Assembly (NCBI GenBank): GCA_043228905.1
Contig: JBHGNT010000014.1
Location: forward strand, 4,402,001 to 4,466,000
Source of the DNA: Azolla caroliniana
Lineage: Eukaryota; Plantae; Polypodiophyta
Reading direction: 5' to 3'
DNA: 64,000 nucleotides
Under the pieces are notes generated by a model, which saw only the letters and a list, made by a program, of their open reading frames with translations, ran no database searches and was not told where the DNA came from. Positions 62,251 through 64,000 of the stretch are shown piece after piece; the stretch's first letter is position 1, and each line of letters starts with the position of its first letter. Both the position numbers and the translations under genes were made by a program.

Positions 62251-62284
62251 AGAGGGCTGCCAAGGCGTGGGGCCGAGACAGCCC
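62241..62284 (+). promoter_or_regulatory. Putative -1 ribosomal frameshift signal
   Basis: G GAT TTT lies immediately before the gag-PR stop. A stem GGGCTG/CAGCCC starts 6 nt downstream, and the -1 frame is open into pol. Confidence 0.65.
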
Positions 62285-64000
62285 GGACACTCGGAAAGGA
62301 CCCCACGACTGTACGATAAGTAGGAAATTCTGCTTCTCCAACAACGGAGGGTGTATGATAATCGGCATCGTCGGCCGAGAAAAGACAAGGGCGGAAGTGC
62401 GACTTCGAGCGTGCGGAGTTCTCGGCCCAGACGAGGAAATCAGCGGAGCCGTGGAGGCGGTCTCCTTCGACGATACCTTGGGAATGCTGGGGGAGGTAGC
62501 CGGAGAAGACCTTAATGAAGACCGGACGATACCGGTATGTTCCGAAGAGATGTACGGAGTCATTGCGGACTTCAGTCAGGGGCTCGGGTCGGATCGGACA
62601 GCCCGAGTTAGCACGAAGTACAAGACTGTGGACCGGAAGGTAAGGCCAGTCGCGGCACCCTTACCGGAGGGCAGCGAGTCCCGAATTAGAGGGGTTGCGT
62701 CGGATCCCAGTTTACGAGATCCGGCCTGCATAGGACACACCTTCACCGACGGGACGCTCCGGGACGCTCCGGGAGCTCAAAATCGGTGGGGGCGGGTTCC
62801 TACTGCCGGCGGAGGAAGACCGGTTTCGGAGAATGCTCGGACGGCACGGGAAAGCCTTCGCATTCTCGCCGGAAGAGATCGGGTGCGTAGACCCGACAAT
62901 CGTGGAGCCGATGGTGATATTCACGGTACCGCATGTACCGTGGAATCTCAAGCCGATTCCGGTACCAAGAGCTCACATCCCGAAGTTGATGGAGCTATTG
63001 AGGCAAAAAGTCGATATGGGCATTCTCGAACCGTCGAGTGCCCCATACTCGAACCGATGGTTTACCGTACCAAAGAAAAACGGAACAATGCGCTTCATTC
63101 AGGACCTGCAGCCGGTCAACAAAGTGACCATTCGGAACGCAGGAATCAGACCGACCATAGACGAGTTCGCAGAGGCCTTCGCCGGAAGGTCGATTTACTC
63201 GGTCGGTGATCTGTACTCGGGGTACGACCAGTTCCAGCTAGCCGTGGAGAGCAGAGACATTACGACGATGCGGACCCCCCTCGGCCTAGTGCGAATGTGT
63301 ACCCTGCCACAAGGAGGGACCAACTCGGTAGCCCACATGGTGAATGCAATGAACAAGGTATTGAGGGATTGCATCCCGGACATCACCATGCCGTTTCTAG
63401 ACGACATCCCGATCAAGGGGTGCCTGGTGGAGGAGAAGGACGAGACAGTCGGGCCGTACGGATGCCGGCAATTCGTGGCGAAACACATCGACGAATGCGA
63501 GAAGGTGCTACAAAGGCTAGAGGATGCGAGGCTCACCTTCTCCGGGGAGAAATCGGCCTTCGGGCAATCGGAAATCCTGGTGGTCGGACACCTATCTGGA
63601 CCATATGGCCGGAAGCCGTCTCCGGCAAAGGTAGAAGCCATTTCCGCGATGAAGACCGACTGTAGCTCGGTTACGGAAGTTCGGAGGTTCCTGGGGGCAT
63701 GCACATTCTACCACATATGGATCCCGCATTACGCCCACGTTGCGGAGCCGCTATACGGGTTGCTGAAGAAAGGGCGAAAATTCGAGTGGCGAGACGAGCA
63801 CACGGAGTCGGTCCGGAAGCTGAAGGAAGCTCTTGCGGCAGCACCGGCGCTCCGGAAGGCTGTCTACGAGAAGGGTACCCCGGTATACATAATGGTGGAT
63901 ACGAGTCCGACCGGGATCGGATGGGTCGTCAACCAAGAAGACAGGGATGGCATTCGGTTCCCGATCTGATTCGGCGGAAAGGTCCTCAGTGAACGACAGC
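62250..64000 (+). pseudogene. Gypsy pol (RT, start of RNase H)
   Basis: DLYSGYDQF, LPQGGTNS and FLDDIPIK motifs. Frameshifted by a 10-bp duplication (62751-62770), with a TGA at 63967. Confidence 0.9.

Larger units (their letters stand above)
59452..64000 (+). mobile_element. Trp-primed (Phygy-like) Gypsy element, runs off the right edge
   Basis: LTR 59452-60080 (TGTCGTGAA...CGACA), Trp PBS at 60084-60101, then gag, protease and RT. Confidence 0.9.

Overview
Repeat-dense eukaryotic genomic DNA, most likely from a non-seed land plant (fern, lycophyte or bryophyte). This is inferred from Trp-primed Phygy-like Gypsy elements, bryophyte/fern-type Copia gag sequences and TTTAGGG motifs. Most of the window is a multi-layer nest of LTR retrotransposons: Copia elements (one structurally complete at 20624-26567), Trp-primed Gypsy elements with 4-bp TSDs, Arg-primed LTR elements whose only visible ORF is antisense to the PBS, and several solo LTRs with TSDs. 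The standout feature is an 8.6-kb insertion (26781-35399) that splits a Copia integrase exactly. It encodes an intact two-exon transposase of about 860 aa with Sola2-type DDD motifs, plus a convergent accessory gene with an FCP1/NIF-like phosphatase domain whose catalytic motif is degenerate. Its introns and ends are packed with a 14-bp palindrome (TAGCTAATTAGCTA) that carries stops in all six frames. Other oddities include a 1-kb fold-back element with telomeric repeats flanked by a ~290-bp duplication, and a -1 frameshift signal after gag-protease in a Gypsy element. About 39-44 kb is AT-rich and may be the 5' end and introns of a host gene. Family assignments come from motif recognition by eye; no searches were run.
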